Shown piece by piece: positions 40,624-51,826 of a stretch of 64,000 bases of DNA. The notes under the pieces were generated by a model. The model did not search any database. It had not been told where the DNA came from and saw only the letters and a program-made list of their open reading frames with translations. Source of the stretch: Longimicrobiales bacterium (GTDB lineage: Bacteria; Gemmatimonadota; Gemmatimonadetes; Longimicrobiales; Gaopeijiaceae). How positions within the stretch are numbered: position 1 is the first letter of the stretch; each line of letters begins with the position of its first letter. The stretch is from NCBI GenBank assembly GCA_965248195.1, contig CBDFIQ010000002.1:1088001-1152000 (forward strand), written 5' to 3'. A program made the translations under genes and the position numbers.

Positions 40624-41859
40624 ATGAATAGTGTGAAGCACTCGGCCAACCCGCCGCGAAAAACCAAGCTCAAGGGCCGCCATCCCGACAAGGCGTTGTC
40701 GGCCGCCTTCGTGCGCACGGCCCCGCCCGGCAGACATTGCGACGGCAATGGCTTGTACCTCTACGTGCAGCCTACGGGAACGCGGAGCTGGATTCAGCGG
40801 CTCGCGATCCGGGGCCGCAATCGCGAGCTCGGACTGGGCAGCGTGGCGCTGATTTCGCTGGCCGAGGCCCGCGAGCAGGCGCTGGCCAACCGCAAGCTCG
40901 CGCGCTCGGGCGGCGACCCGCTCGCCGAGAAACGCCGCACGCAGGGCGTGCCGAGCTTCGCGGAATCCGCCGTGAGGGTGATGGAACAGAAGCGGGCCGG
41001 TTGGCGCAGTCCGGGTCATAGCCGCGAGTGGATTTCGAGCCTCAGGCGCTACGCCTTCCCGCGCATCGGCGAGATGGCGGTCTCGGAGGTGACGAGCGCC
41101 GACGTGCTGGAGATCCTCACACCCATCTGGCACGTGAAGGCGCCCACGGCCCGGCACGTGCACCAGCGTATCCGCACGGTGCTGGAATGGGCCGTGGCGA
41201 TGGAGTTCAGGACCGACAACCCATGCGACCGAATCGGGCCGATCCTCGGAGCGCAGAACGACGTGGTGACACACATGCGGGCCTTGCCGCATCGCGACGT
41301 GGCGTCGGCGATCGAGACGGTGCGGGGGTCGGGGGCGCAGCCGGTCGTCAAGCTCGCGTTTGAGTTCGTGGTGCTGACGGCGGCGAGGTGGGGCGAGGTC
41401 CGGGGGGCCGAGTGGGCGCAGATCGATCGAAGGGAGGGAGTATGGACGATTCCCGCCACGCGGATGAAGGCGCAGCGCGAGCACCGGGTGCCGCTGTGCC
41501 GCCGCGCCACAGAGATTCTCAGCGCGGCGCGGAAGCTCGGGGACGGCAGTCCGCTGGTGTTCACCCGTGGGGGTGGCAAGCCGCTCTACGAAAAGCGGCT
41601 GCGCCGGCTTCTGCGGAACTGCAAGATCGCGGCCGTGCCGCACGGCTTCCGCTCGAGCTTTCGGGACTGGGCGGCAGAAGAGACGGATCATCCGCGCGAA
41701 GTCATCGAAGCGGCGCTGGCGCATGTGGTCCAGAACAAAGTCGAGGCGGCTTATCGGCGCACCGACCTGTTCGACCGCCGACGTCGACTTATGGACGACT
41801 GGTCGGCGTACTTGGCCGGCGAGCGTGGAGATGCAGCCGACGTCAGGCCGGTCCGTTGA
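40624..41859 (+). CDS. P4/IntA-type tyrosine integrase with arm-binding domain
   Basis: DGNGLYL.V...G.RSW, SLAEAR, ARWGE, RMK, HGFR, LAH, AY. Confidence 0.92.
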   Translation: MNSVKHSANPPRKTKLKGRHPDKALSAAFVRTAPPGRHCDGNGLYLYVQPTGTRSWIQRLAIRGRNRELGLGSVALISLAEAREQALANRKLARSGGDPLAEKRRTQGVPSFAESAVRVMEQKRAGWRSPGHSREWISSLRRYAFPRIGEMAVSEVTSADVLEILTPIWHVKAPTARHVHQRIRTVLEWAVAMEFRTDNPCDRIGPILGAQNDVVTHMRALPHRDVASAIETVRGSGAQPVVKLAFEFVVLTAARWGEVRGAEWAQIDRREGVWTIPATRMKAQREHRVPLCRRATEILSAARKLGDGSPLVFTRGGGKPLYEKRLRRLLRNCKIAAVPHGFRSSFRDWAAEETDHPREVIEAALAHVVQNKVEAAYRRTDLFDRRRRLMDDWSAYLAGERGDAADVRPVR

Positions 41860-42137
41860 TCTGAGCTGAACACATATCAGACGACGGTGTGCGTGCGGGT
41901 GCGCCTCTCTCCCTGGTATCGTCGTTCTCCACCTCCGCCTGCTTCAGTAATTTCAGGGGCAGCGGGTGTCTCACTGACATCCGCAGAGAGGGCAAAAGGC
42001 GGTCAAGCTCGCCCAGGCGAAGCACCTCCGCTACAGTCCTTCCTTCTCGTCCTCCAAGAGCTGCTTGAGTTTCTCCAGGCGTTCTTTCGCAATCGCTTGT
42101 GCGGTTCCGCCCAACACAACCGGATAGATTGTACCTC

Positions 42138-44792
42138 TGATCTGACCCCCTGAAACGAGACCAGGTGCAATGTTAGGAGGTCAAGTCCCGATTTGTGTGT
42201 AAAAGCGGAGGAAGCTCCTCGCCTTCGGCTAGGCTGCTTGGGCGACCTCCTGTTTCTGGAGGAGTGAGAGGTCGAGGTAACGCCGGTCGCCCCAGACGTG
42301 TGTGGTCCTGAGTGCGACGGCCGTGATGAGCCTGAGGGCGCTGGCCCGGTCCGGGAAGGCGCCGGCGGCCTTGATCCTGCGTTTGATCTCGCCGTGCAGC
42401 CGCTCGAGGCTGTTGGTGGTACGCAGCCGGGGCCAGTGCGCCTCGGGGAACGCGTAGAACTGCGTCGCTGCCCCGAAGCCCCGCTCCAGGACCTCCACGG
42501 CCTCGGGCAGCTCCTTCTTCCAGCGTGCGCCGAACTCGCCCAGGAGCTTCTTCGCCTCGGCGAGTCCGGATGTCTGGAAGATCACCGAGACCTCACGCGC
42601 CACGCGCTTGCGTAGGCGGTGGGGGACCCTCGCCCCCACATTACGCTGCAGATGGACCGTACACCTCTGACGGCGTGCCTCGGGCAGGAAGCGGCGGACC
42701 GCAGCTGCCAGGCCTGCGTGCTCATCGGCGATCACGAGCTCGACACCGCCGAGGCCGCGGTCCTGGAGTTGCTCGAGGAGCTCCGACCAGCTCTGCTGCG
42801 ACTCCTCAGCGCCCAGCGTGACGGCCAGGAGCCGTCGGTGACCCTCAGGGCCCACTGCATACGCCACGAGCGCACTCACGTTCTCGACTTTGCGGGCCCA
42901 GCGGGCGTCCAAGAACGTGGCGTCCAGGTACAGATAGGGGTGAGGCCCCTCGATCGGCGCACGGCGCAGCCCTTCCACGGCCTCGTCGAGCCGTTTTGCC
43001 ACACGACTCACCGTCGAGCGCCCAACACGCTCGCCCATCAGCGCCTCGGTGACGTCGCCCATCTTGCGCTGTGACACGCCGCTCACATACGCCTCGACCA
43101 TCATCTCGTCGAGCTCGGGGCTCCTGCGCTGGTAGCGGCCGATCACGTCGGCCGGCGAACCGTTGTCCCGGCTCCGGGGCATGGCGACCTCGATCTGCCC
43201 CAGGCTCGTCAGCAGCCGCCTCAGGTATGTGCCGTTCCTATGGTCCTTCCGGCTTCCCACCCGCTCGAAGCGGCGTGCACCTACCATGGCCTTCAGCTCC
43301 TCTTCCAGCACCATCTCGAGCGTCAGCCGGATCGCGCCTTGAAACAGCTCGCGCAAATCATCGCGTAGCTCGTCTTGCGTGGCCCGACCGATCTCCACAA
43401 TCTCTTGCATCGGAAGCTCCTCTCCGGTTCCGAGCCTGCTCTGCAGACCCGGACTCCCGGGTTCATGTGACAGTGAACAACAACAGAGGAGCTTCCGTTT
43501 TTCTTTCCCTCCTGTCCAGCTTATCCGCTTTTACACAAATCTAGGGACACTACCATGTTAGGATCGACCTGGTCTGAAGCTTTTCAGCGAGGAGGTCAGG
43601 ATGGGAAGGAAGCGACACACTCCGGAGCAGATCATCACTGCACTGCGGGAGGCAGAGGTCGGTCTGGCCCGCGGCAAATCCGTGAAGCTGATCAGCCGGG
43701 AGCTCGGCATCACCGAGCAGACGTACTACCGGTGGAGGTGGGAGTACGGCGGGATGAGGGTGAGCCAGGCACGGCGCCTGAAGGAGCTCGAGCGCAAGAA
43801 CGGGCGCCTGAAGCGAGCAGTGGCGGACTTGACACTGGACAAGCTGATCTTGGAGGAAGCGGCCAAGGGAAACTTCTGAGCCCCGAGCGCCGACGGAGGT
43901 GCGTGGTGCATGTATGTCAGCGACTCGGGGCGAGTGAACGTCACGCGTGTCACGTACTGGGTCAGCCGCGCTCGACTCAGCGTCGGGTGAAGAAGGTGCG
44001 GGTCGACGAGTCGGCGCTACGCACGGACGTGATACGGTTGGCGAGCCGGTTCGGCAGGTACGGGTATCGACAGATCACGAACCTGCTACGCATCGAGGGC
44101 TGGGAGGTGAACCACAAGCGTGTGGAGCGGATCTGGAGGCAGGAGGGGCTGAAAGTGCCCAGACGGCAACCGAAACGGGGTCGGTTGTGGCTCAACGATG
44201 GCTCGTGCATCCGGCTCAGGCCACTGCATAAGAATCACGTGTGGTCCTACGACTTCGTGAGCACGCGGACCCATGACGGCCGAGCGCTGAAGCTCTTGAC
44301 CGTGCTCGACGAGTACACGCGGCGGTGTCTGGCGATCAGGGTCGGTCGAAGGACTCGATCCGATGATGTACTCGAGGTTCTCGCCGATCTCTTCGCTCGG
44401 CACGGTCCGCCCGAGCATCTACGCTCGGACAACGGGCCGGAGTTCACGGCGAAGTTGGTGCGCAGGTGGCTGGCCAGGTTGCGGGTCCAGACCCTCTACA
44501 TCGCGCCGGGCAGTCCATGGGAGAACGGCTACAACGAGAGCTTCAACGGCAAGCTGAGGAACGAGTTCTTGAACGGAGAGATCTTTTACACACTGCCCGA
44601 GGCCGTCGTACTCGTCGAGCAGTGGCGGCGGGTGTACAATACCGTTCGACCCCACAGCGCCTGCGGCGGTCTACCCCCCGCTCCGGAAGCATTGAAACCA
44701 TCACCTTGGTTCCTCAGAATGCCTCAGCTCCAGGGACCGCCAATGGCTTCAGGTCTAACATAGCAAGTGGTACCGCAGGAGGGGGTACGTCA
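42138..44792 (+). mobile_element. IS3-family element (orfA 43601-43879, orfB about 43876-44763) with IS256 inserted in its left end
   Basis: TGA.../...TCA imperfect IRs, GGGAAAC slippery site, WSYDF, SDNGPEF, ESFNG. Confidence 0.92.
42179..43554 (-). mobile_element. IS256-family element, copy 3 (transposase 42229-43410), 9-bp TSD atgttagga
   Basis: TSD at 42170-42178 and 43555-43563. Confidence 0.96.
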
Positions 44793-44928
44793 GCGGCCGG
44801 GCCCGTTGCTCACGTTAGAGCCTCTAGCCCCTCAGCGATAGCGTACTTGAGGGCCGTGCTGGAATTAGGCGTCATAGGATGTGAGTGCGGTCACCACTAA
44901 GCCCTAGTGCGATGCACCCCATCTGAGC

Positions 44929-45909
44929 TCAGGCCGCGGGCAGGCTCTCCACGAGGCGGATCATTCGTTCGAGCTGATCCCGTTGCGGAACGCGCCCACG
45001 TCCCGCGCCGAGGTTGTCAACCATGTGCTCGGGGTCGCTCGTCCCCGGACAGGCTGCAGTCACCGCCGGGTGCGCGATCACGAACTTGAGCATGAGCTGG
45101 GCCCAGGTGTGCGCGTCGAACTCGGCCGCCCAATCCGGGACCGGGCGGCCGCCGATCCGCGCCCACATCCTGCCCCGGCCGAATGGCAAGTAGACCAACA
45201 CGCCGATCTCGCGCTCGAGAGCGAGGGGGAAGATGACCTCTTCGGGCGTTCGGTTGTCGACCGCGTAATCGATGCCGATGAAGTCGATCGGTTCACTCCG
45301 CATGACGTCGACGAGCGCAGAATACTGGCCCTCGAAGGTGGTCGTGATGCCGATGTAGCGGATGTACCCCTCTGCCTTCAGCTCCTTCAGGAGGGCGAGC
45401 TGCGTCGGCGGATCGCCCATGTTGTGGACCTGGAAGAGGTCGATCTGCGGGAGGCGGAGTCGAAGGAAGGAGCGTCGGATCTGGTAGCGCGCCGCTGCCG
45501 GGTCGGCCGAGCCGCTGCCGCCGCCACTCAAGCGGGCAGCGTTCACCTTGGTTGCCCACCAGATGCGGTCGGCGATTCCGAGATCCTGCGCCACCTGACC
45601 TGAAACCTGCTCGCTGGCACCGTAGAGGTAGGCCGTGTCGAACACGGTGCCGCCCCCGTCGACGAGCGCCTGGAGGACCGCGCCGATCTTGTCGTACTCC
45701 TCGGTGCGGGACTCTCTGAGGGCCATCTCCGAGAAGGTGTTCGCGCTGCCCAGGCCGACAACGGGGAGCAGCTCACCAGTCTTGGGAATCGCGCGCTGGA
45801 TGAGTGGCTGACTCTGGAGCCCCTGGAGCGCCTCCAGAACCCTAGAATTCAGGCCGAGCGTGGCACCCGCGCCGGCGGCAATACGGAGCCAACCACGTCT
45901 CGATACCAT
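44929..45909 (-). CDS. Aldo/keto reductase with Tat signal
   Basis: SRRGWL, VGLGS, FDTA..YG.SE, IDLFQVHN, YIGIT. Confidence 0.9.
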   Translation of the reverse strand: MVSRRGWLRIAAGAGATLGLNSRVLEALQGLQSQPLIQRAIPKTGELLPVVGLGSANTFSEMALRESRTEEYDKIGAVLQALVDGGGTVFDTAYLYGASEQVSGQVAQDLGIADRIWWATKVNAARLSGGGSGSADPAAARYQIRRSFLRLRLPQIDLFQVHNMGDPPTQLALLKELKAEGYIRYIGITTTFEGQYSALVDVMRSEPIDFIGIDYAVDNRTPEEVIFPLALEREIGVLVYLPFGRGRMWARIGGRPVPDWAAEFDAHTWAQLMLKFVIAHPAVTAACPGTSDPEHMVDNLGAGRGRVPQRDQLERMIRLVESLPAA

Positions 45910-45955
45910 GGTCCAGCCTCGAAGGGTTGGGGTCGGCCTACGCTCCTAAGATAAC

Positions 45956-46204
45956 TGACCTGACCCCCTGAAACGAGACCAGGTGCAATGTTAGGATCGA
46001 CCTGGTCTGAAGCTTTACAGCGAGGAGGTCAGGATGGGAAGGAAGCGAGACACTCCGGAGCAGATCATCACTGCACTGCGGGAGGCAGAGGTCGGTCTGG
46101 CCCGCGGCAAATCCGTGAAGCTGATCAGCCGGGAGCTCGGCATCACCGAGCAGACGTACTACCGGTGGAGGCGGGAGTACGGCGGGATGAAGGTGAGCCA
46201 GGCA
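45956..46204 (+). mobile_element. Truncated second copy of the IS3 left end and orfA
   Basis: Near-identical to 42138-42178 + 43555-43770. Confidence 0.9.
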
Positions 46205-46709
46205 GGTAGTGTCGCGATATTTGTGTAAAAGGGGGTGAGGGGTCCGGGGAGGGTGGACAGCCCGGGAAAGAGAGAGAGGAAGCTCCTTGTGAATGTTCAT
46301 CATCACACGAACCCGGGGAGTCCGGGCCTGCGTCAGCAGGTCCGGAACCGGAAAGGAGCTTCCTCAATGGAAAAGATGGTTGAAGTTGAGCGGGCCACGC
46401 AAGAAGAGTTACGGCAGGATTTGAAGTCGTTGTTTGAGGGCGCGATTCGTTTGACGCTCGACATGGTGCTGGAGGAGGAGTTGAAGGCGATGGTCGGAGC
46501 GCGTCGTTTCGAGCGGGTCGGCAGCCGGAAGGACCACAGGAACGGCACGTACCTCAGGCGCCTGCTCACGAGCTTGGGTCAGATCGACGTGATGGTGCCG
46601 CGCAGCCGGGAAGGCGGCTCGCCCGCCGACGTGATGGGCCGCTACCGGCGCAGGAGTGAAGAAGTGGACGAGATGATGGTGGAGGCCTACGTGAGCGGTG
46701 TGTCGCAGC
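46205..46709 (+). mobile_element. Divergent IS256 iso-form, left end and 5' part of transposase only
   Basis: ggtagtgtcgcgatatttgtgtaaaa; MEKMVEVERATQEEL...EAYVSGVSQ. Confidence 0.88.
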
Positions 46710-47770
46710 AAGAAATGCCCCTTCGGGCAGAAATCGCCGGGCAACAGATCGCGCCCGTTGATGTTCACGCCCCGGAACCCGCCTTTCAGCGTGGTCGCCT
46801 GACTGATCTGTCGGAGCCCCGAGAGCTGATCGCCGAGATCAATGATCATCCCCCGGGTCGTGTAGTAGAGATCAGGCATCTGCCCTCCGGCAGCCGCGAG
46901 TCGGTGCTCCATCACCGCGATCTTCTTCTCGGTGATCTGCCCGGATCCGGAGATGGCGATGCCAGCCCAGCGTCGGTTGCCCGCTGCGGTCTGGTCGATG
47001 TTCTCGAACGTGTCACCAGTCGCTGCAACCGCGAGAATGCCGGTCGCCTCGTTCTGGTAGTTGTTCGCCTGATCCGTGCCGGTCGCCGCGGCGTCGTTAC
47101 AGAGCACCAAGAAGTCGCCGATCTCGTCGTTGGCGAACGAGCCGTCGACGGTCATCTGCTCGTTATCGACGTCGACGGTGGAGATCGTTTGACGGCCGCG
47201 CTCCGCACCGCCTGATGGGTTGATCAGCGCGACCTCCATGCCCTCGATGAGCAGCATGGTCCCGGGCCCTGCGCCCGTGACGCCATAGGGACTGTGCACG
47301 TCGTAGGTCGGCGCCGAAGCCACCGTCTCGAGCAAGCACAAGATCCCGTCCCCGTCGCCGTTGTACTGGCGCTCGAGGTCGATTTTCACGCGCGTCATGC
47401 CGTCCTCGAGCTCGTCCTTCAGCTTGTCTACGAACGCGTTGCGCGTATCGGAGGTGAGAGGAATCGTCTGCCCGCCGATCGCCACGACCGTGTAGGTGTG
47501 GGCCAGGTCCGCCTTACCGGCGCGCCTGATCGGACGGGAGGGAGTCGGCAGCAACTTGCCGTCGGGCACGTTGGCCGTCTTGCCGCCGGTCTCGAGCTTC
47601 ACGTTGAAGTGGAGACCGTCCGGCCCGCCCTTGAACTTCGTCGTTCGATTGAGCTGGGCCGTGAGCGGCGTAGAGTCTGGCACAGCGTCGAGCGCCATCA
47701 GATACACCTGCTTGAACACTGAGCTGACCTCGCTCACCGAGCTGGTGGCGATATCCGCAAAATCAGTCAT
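46707..47770 (-). pseudogene. Phage major capsid protein, C-terminus replaced by the IS256 fragment
   Basis: About 355 aa; FKQVY, LERQYNGDGDG, LKGGF.G..I.G pattern; directly follows a scaffold-like gene. Confidence 0.7.
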
Positions 47771-47809
47771 AACCCCTGTTCCCTGTGAGGGCGCAGGAGC
47801 AAATCAGCT

Positions 47810-48943
47810 TTAGGTCTGGCCCGTCTCCTTGAAGTCCTCGAAGACTCGATCGATCGCGCTCATGCGCTTCTCGAAATTCGTGTTGCCTTCGAGCTCTGCC
47901 TCGTCCACCGGTGCCTGACCGGACGGAGGCGTACCCGACCCTTGCATCGTTTGCCCTTTGCGCTGTTCGAGTTTCTTGTCGATGCGAGCGTTGTGCTGGG
48001 CGGCATCGGCCTTACTCGGGTCGGGGTCCGGACTCTCACCGTTCGGGCTCTCGGGTAGAGGAACGCGACCGGCAAAGTCGGCGTTCATCGTCTTGAGCAC
48101 GCGGGTGAGCGCATCTGAATGCTCCTCCGTTAGCCATCGCGCCGCTTCCGCGGCCGCGATCCCTTCTGCCTCCTCCTGACTCTGTCCTTTGGCGACGAGC
48201 TCCCTCGTGAGGATCTCGCGGTAGCTTTCGGACGTCTGGAAGAGAGCAGCCTGAATCCTCGGGATGTCGGTCTCGCGGAGCATCGGATAGTCCGCTTTGC
48301 CCTTCTCACTCCCGAGGAGATCCTTCGTGTCCTGCGCGTAGCTGGCGTACACGTCCTCCCAGGCCTTCTTCTCGTCGGCCTCGGCACGGGCGGCATCCGC
48401 CTCATCACGTTCCTTGAGCTCGTCCTTCGCTCGGGCGCCCTCACGGGCTTCCTTGCTCTCGAGCGGGCCGAGCGCTTCACGCATCTTCTCGGCCGCGTCT
48501 TCGTCGGTCGGAGCCGAAACGAGCAGCTCCTCCCACTCGATGGCCTTCTCTTTGGCCTCGCCCTCGAGCGCTGCGACACGAGACAGTGCCGTGGCTCGCT
48601 CGTTGCCGAGCTCAGTGAGACGCCGATCAGCGTGGACACCCTTCTGTGCGAGCCCCACGAGTCCAGACATCGACTCGACCTTCACTTCTTGGCCGTCGGC
48701 CTCCGAGACCCGCATTGCGTCCATGACCGCCAACGTCTGGCGTCGAGTGGCGATGATGCCCTCCATATTCAGGCTCGCCGTGATCCGATCTGGGAGAAGA
48801 CTGCTGCGGAGGCGCTCGCCCACGCTTTGTGTGAACGGCCGATGCTGGAGCAGACCCTCGTTGGCGGCGGTCACCTGGGTGAGCAGTTCGGCTGTAGTCC
48901 CGCTTACCTTAATCTCACGTGGATCCTGTAGTTCGACTGTCAT
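47810..48943 (-). CDS. In-frame fusion of a Fic-like N-terminus to a phage scaffold-like protein (junction near 48700)
   Basis: RITASLNMEG...QTLAV then DGQEVKV...AQKG.HADRR; charged coiled-coil body. Confidence 0.55.
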   Translation of the reverse strand: MTVELQDPREIKVSGTTAELLTQVTAANEGLLQHRPFTQSVGERLRSSLLPDRITASLNMEGIIATRRQTLAVMDAMRVSEADGQEVKVESMSGLVGLAQKGVHADRRLTELGNERATALSRVAALEGEAKEKAIEWEELLVSAPTDEDAAEKMREALGPLESKEAREGARAKDELKERDEADAARAEADEKKAWEDVYASYAQDTKDLLGSEKGKADYPMLRETDIPRIQAALFQTSESYREILTRELVAKGQSQEEAEGIAAAEAARWLTEEHSDALTRVLKTMNADFAGRVPLPESPNGESPDPDPSKADAAQHNARIDKKLEQRKGQTMQGSGTPPSGQAPVDEAELEGNTNFEKRMSAIDRVFEDFKETGQT

Positions 48944-49296
48944 TTCCTCACGCTTCCCAGAGCCATTTGCAACACCCCTGCCCAGGAACCTCCTGGGGTT
49001 TCCCGAAGGATTTGCGAAACCGTTGACGCGTAATGTGCCGACCAAGTGTGGAGTTGGCGAGTCGGTCGCAAACCTCCACAGCAACACCGCGTCGGTCAGC
49101 CTCGGCCTCGCAGACCTCGGCCTCAAGTACGAAGGGGAGAGGCCGAAGCCCCTCCCCCGTCTTAAAAGTGTGCACGTTGATGTGCACGTTAGCGTACTCT
49201 AACCCCGTGTGCGGGCAGAAAATCGTACTCGGGCCTAGTGGCCGTTTCCCTTATTTTACCCCGAAAACTGTGAAAGCCGGCACCTGCTCATCAGGC

Positions 49297-49338
49297 TTTA
49301 CACCCAGGAGGTCACAGGTTCGAATCCTGTACCGCCCA
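49297..49338 (+). repeat. attR: 3' 42 bp of tRNA-Val
   Basis: tttacacccaggagg...accgccca identical to 25260-25301. Confidence 0.95.
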
Positions 49339-49434
49339 TTGAGATAAGGTAGGACGCAAACGGCTTTCCGGGCTTTGGGCTCGGGGGCCGTTTCGTTTTG
49401 TGTATGTTCACTGTGTATGTTCGGACCGAACATC

Positions 49435-49614
49435 CTATTTCGCCTCCCTGAGTTCGCCGCGCTCCAGCACGACGCGGAGCATGGTGCCAGGATCGGCTTG
49501 CTGGTAGACGAGGCGAAGAGTGTTGGGGTTGGCCCACCCGCCAGCGGCGGCAACGTCAGCGTTGGAGAGATGCTTCCGTTCCGTGGCCCACTTCCTCCGG
49601 TAGGCGTGCCACAG
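49435..49614 (-). pseudogene. C-terminal remnant of another homologous tRNA-Val integrase
   Basis: LWHAYRRKWATERKHL...YQQADP...ELREAK; same spacing from att as the intact int. Confidence 0.88.
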
Positions 49615-49703
49615 GTGTGGAAAGTCACTGGAGATTATATCCCGCCGGCGGGACACGAGCGTCGACCCTGGTGGGAGGCTTGCCGGAGGCATAGACTGCC
49701 GAC

Positions 49704-51662
49704 ATGTCACGGATTGCACCGCTCTTGTTGGTGACGCTGTTGGCGCTCGCGGCGAGCCCGGTCGCCGGAGCGCAGACCGGGGAATGGCGCGCCTACAGCG
49801 CCGACGCTGCCGGCACCAAGTACGCTCCACTCGACCAGATTACGGCCGACAACGCCGGTGACCTGCGGGTCGTCTGGCGGCAGTCGACGATTCCCGACGC
49901 GATTCGGCAGGGCAGCACCGTGCGGGCCCCGGCGGTGGTGCAGAACACGCCACTGATGGCCGACGGCCGGCTGTATGTGAGCACGGCGCTTGGGACGGTG
50001 GCCGCGCTCGACGCGACCACCGGTGAGGTCGTCTGGTTCGATCCCCTACCCGACGGTGTGACACGCCGGGGAAGCTCGAGTCGTGGGGTCGCGTACTGGC
50101 GAGGACGGGATGGTGACGACGCGCGCGTCATCGCCGTCGTCGGGTCGACCCTGGTCGCGCTGAACGCGCGGACCGGTGCGCGGTACCCCGACTTCGGGGT
50201 CGACGGCGAAGTCGACCTCACACAGGGCTACGACATCCGCACTGTGACGGAGTTCGGCTGGCGGTCGGCGCCCCTGGTGGTCAACGACGTCGTGATCGTC
50301 GGCTCGGCCATCCCCGACATCATCAACGACGAGATGCTGGCTCGCAAGGAGATGCCGCCCGGCGACGTTCGGGGCTTCGATGTCCGTACAGGCGAGCAGC
50401 TCTGGATCTTCCACACCGTGCCTCAGGAGGGCGAGGTGGGCAACGAGACGTGGCTCACCAGGACGGACGAGGACCGGGCGTCGTGGGAGTACACCGGGAA
50501 CACGAACATGTGGGCCTGGCCGAGCGCCGACGAGGAACTGGGCTACGTGTACCTGCCGCTCTCGACACCGACCAACGACTATTACGGCGGACACCGGCCG
50601 GGTAACAACCTGTTCGCCGAGAGTCTGGTCTGTCTCGACGCCCGGACTGGCGAGCGCATCTGGCATTTCCAGGCGGTGCACCACGGGGTCTGGGACTACG
50701 ACTTTCCGGCAGCGCCCAACCTGGTCGACATCACGGTGGACGGTCGCGACATCAAGGCGATCGCTATCGTCAGCAAGCAGGGCTTCACCTACGTCTTCGA
50801 CCGAGTGACCGGGGAGCCGGTCTGGCCGATTGAGGAGCGTTCTGTGCCGGAGGGCAATGTGCCCGGAGAGTGGTACTCGCCCACCCAGCCGTTTCCCACC
50901 AAACCGCCGCCGTTCGAGCAGCAGGGGGTCACGGTTGACGATCTGATCGATTTCACACCGGCACTGCGCCGGGAGGCGGAGGAGATCCTGGCCGGGTATG
51001 TCTCGGGGCGACTCTTCACGCCGCCGACCCTCATCGATGAACGGCCCGGTGGCACCCGTGGCACGGTCCAGGCCCCAGGCCTGGTCGGAGGCGCCGACTG
51101 GACCGGCGCGGCCATTGACCCGGAGAGTGGCACGCTCTACGTGCCGACGGTCCGGACGCCGGTCGTGGTGGGGTTGACAAGATCGGAACACCCACGCTCG
51201 AACGTCGCCTTCGTGATGCAGTCACTCGACATCGCCGAGGGACCACAGGGGTTGCCGCTGCTCAAGCCGCCCTATGGCAGCCTCGTGGCCATTGACCTCA
51301 ACGCGGGCGAGATCCTCTGGCGCGTTGCGAACGGGGACGGTCCGCGGGACCATCCGGCGCTTCGCGACCTGGATCTGCCGCCGCTGGGGCAGGCGGCGCG
51401 GGTGTCTCCGCTGGTCACAAGCACCCTCGTGTTTCTCGGTGAAGGCGTCGACCGGGGAATGGTGCTGTTGCCGGAGGACGTGGGCGGCAAGCTGTTCAAG
51501 GCCTACGACAAGGCGACCGGTGCCGTCGTAGCCGAGGTCGAGCTGCCCGGCGGCGTGTCCGGGGCACCGATCTCCTATATGGCCAACGGTCGCCAGTACA
51601 TCGTCATGCCGATCGCCTGGAGCGACATGACCAGCGAGTGGGTGGCGCTGGCGCTACCCTGA
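49704..51662 (+). CDS. PQQ-dependent dehydrogenase (quinoprotein glucose dehydrogenase-like)
   Basis: Signal peptide, KYAPLDQI, WHFQ.VHH..WDYD, GRQYI. Confidence 0.92.
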   Translation: MSRIAPLLLVTLLALAASPVAGAQTGEWRAYSADAAGTKYAPLDQITADNAGDLRVVWRQSTIPDAIRQGSTVRAPAVVQNTPLMADGRLYVSTALGTVAALDATTGEVVWFDPLPDGVTRRGSSSRGVAYWRGRDGDDARVIAVVGSTLVALNARTGARYPDFGVDGEVDLTQGYDIRTVTEFGWRSAPLVVNDVVIVGSAIPDIINDEMLARKEMPPGDVRGFDVRTGEQLWIFHTVPQEGEVGNETWLTRTDEDRASWEYTGNTNMWAWPSADEELGYVYLPLSTPTNDYYGGHRPGNNLFAESLVCLDARTGERIWHFQAVHHGVWDYDFPAAPNLVDITVDGRDIKAIAIVSKQGFTYVFDRVTGEPVWPIEERSVPEGNVPGEWYSPTQPFPTKPPPFEQQGVTVDDLIDFTPALRREAEEILAGYVSGRLFTPPTLIDERPGGTRGTVQAPGLVGGADWTGAAIDPESGTLYVPTVRTPVVVGLTRSEHPRSNVAFVMQSLDIAEGPQGLPLLKPPYGSLVAIDLNAGEILWRVANGDGPRDHPALRDLDLPPLGQAARVSPLVTSTLVFLGEGVDRGMVLLPEDVGGKLFKAYDKATGAVVAEVELPGGVSGAPISYMANGRQYIVMPIAWSDMTSEWVALALP

Positions 51663-51826
51663 AAAAGCGCGTCAAGAAGGCAGAAGTCAGAAGCAGCTGG
51701 ACGGCTTCGCCAACTTCATCAGTTCTGGGACGTAGGGATAGGCATTTTAGGGCCCTTGTCTTCCAGGGGTGCGGCACCGCACTCCGACGCCAACTGCGCC
51801 ATGAGCTTCGGCCCGGGGAGATTCTT

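Larger units (their letters stand above)
25260..49338. mobile_element. About 24-kb integrative element (phage satellite or decayed prophage) in tRNA-Val
   Basis: Identical 42-bp tRNA 3' segment at 25260-25301 and 49297-49338; integrase next to attL; phage-type genes inside. Confidence 0.9.

Noticed and set aside
39263..41724. Long ORFs 39263-40483, 39380-40477 and 40609-41724
   Set aside because: Arg/Pro-rich shadow frames of GC-rich DNA, or antisense to the integrase.
43555..44763. 402-aa IS3 ORF as one protein
   Set aside because: Its N-terminal part is the off-frame reading of orfA; the real product needs the -1 frameshift.
46235..47215. 326-aa ORF as a novel transposase fusion
   Set aside because: An IS256 stub running into the antisense strand of the capsid gene.
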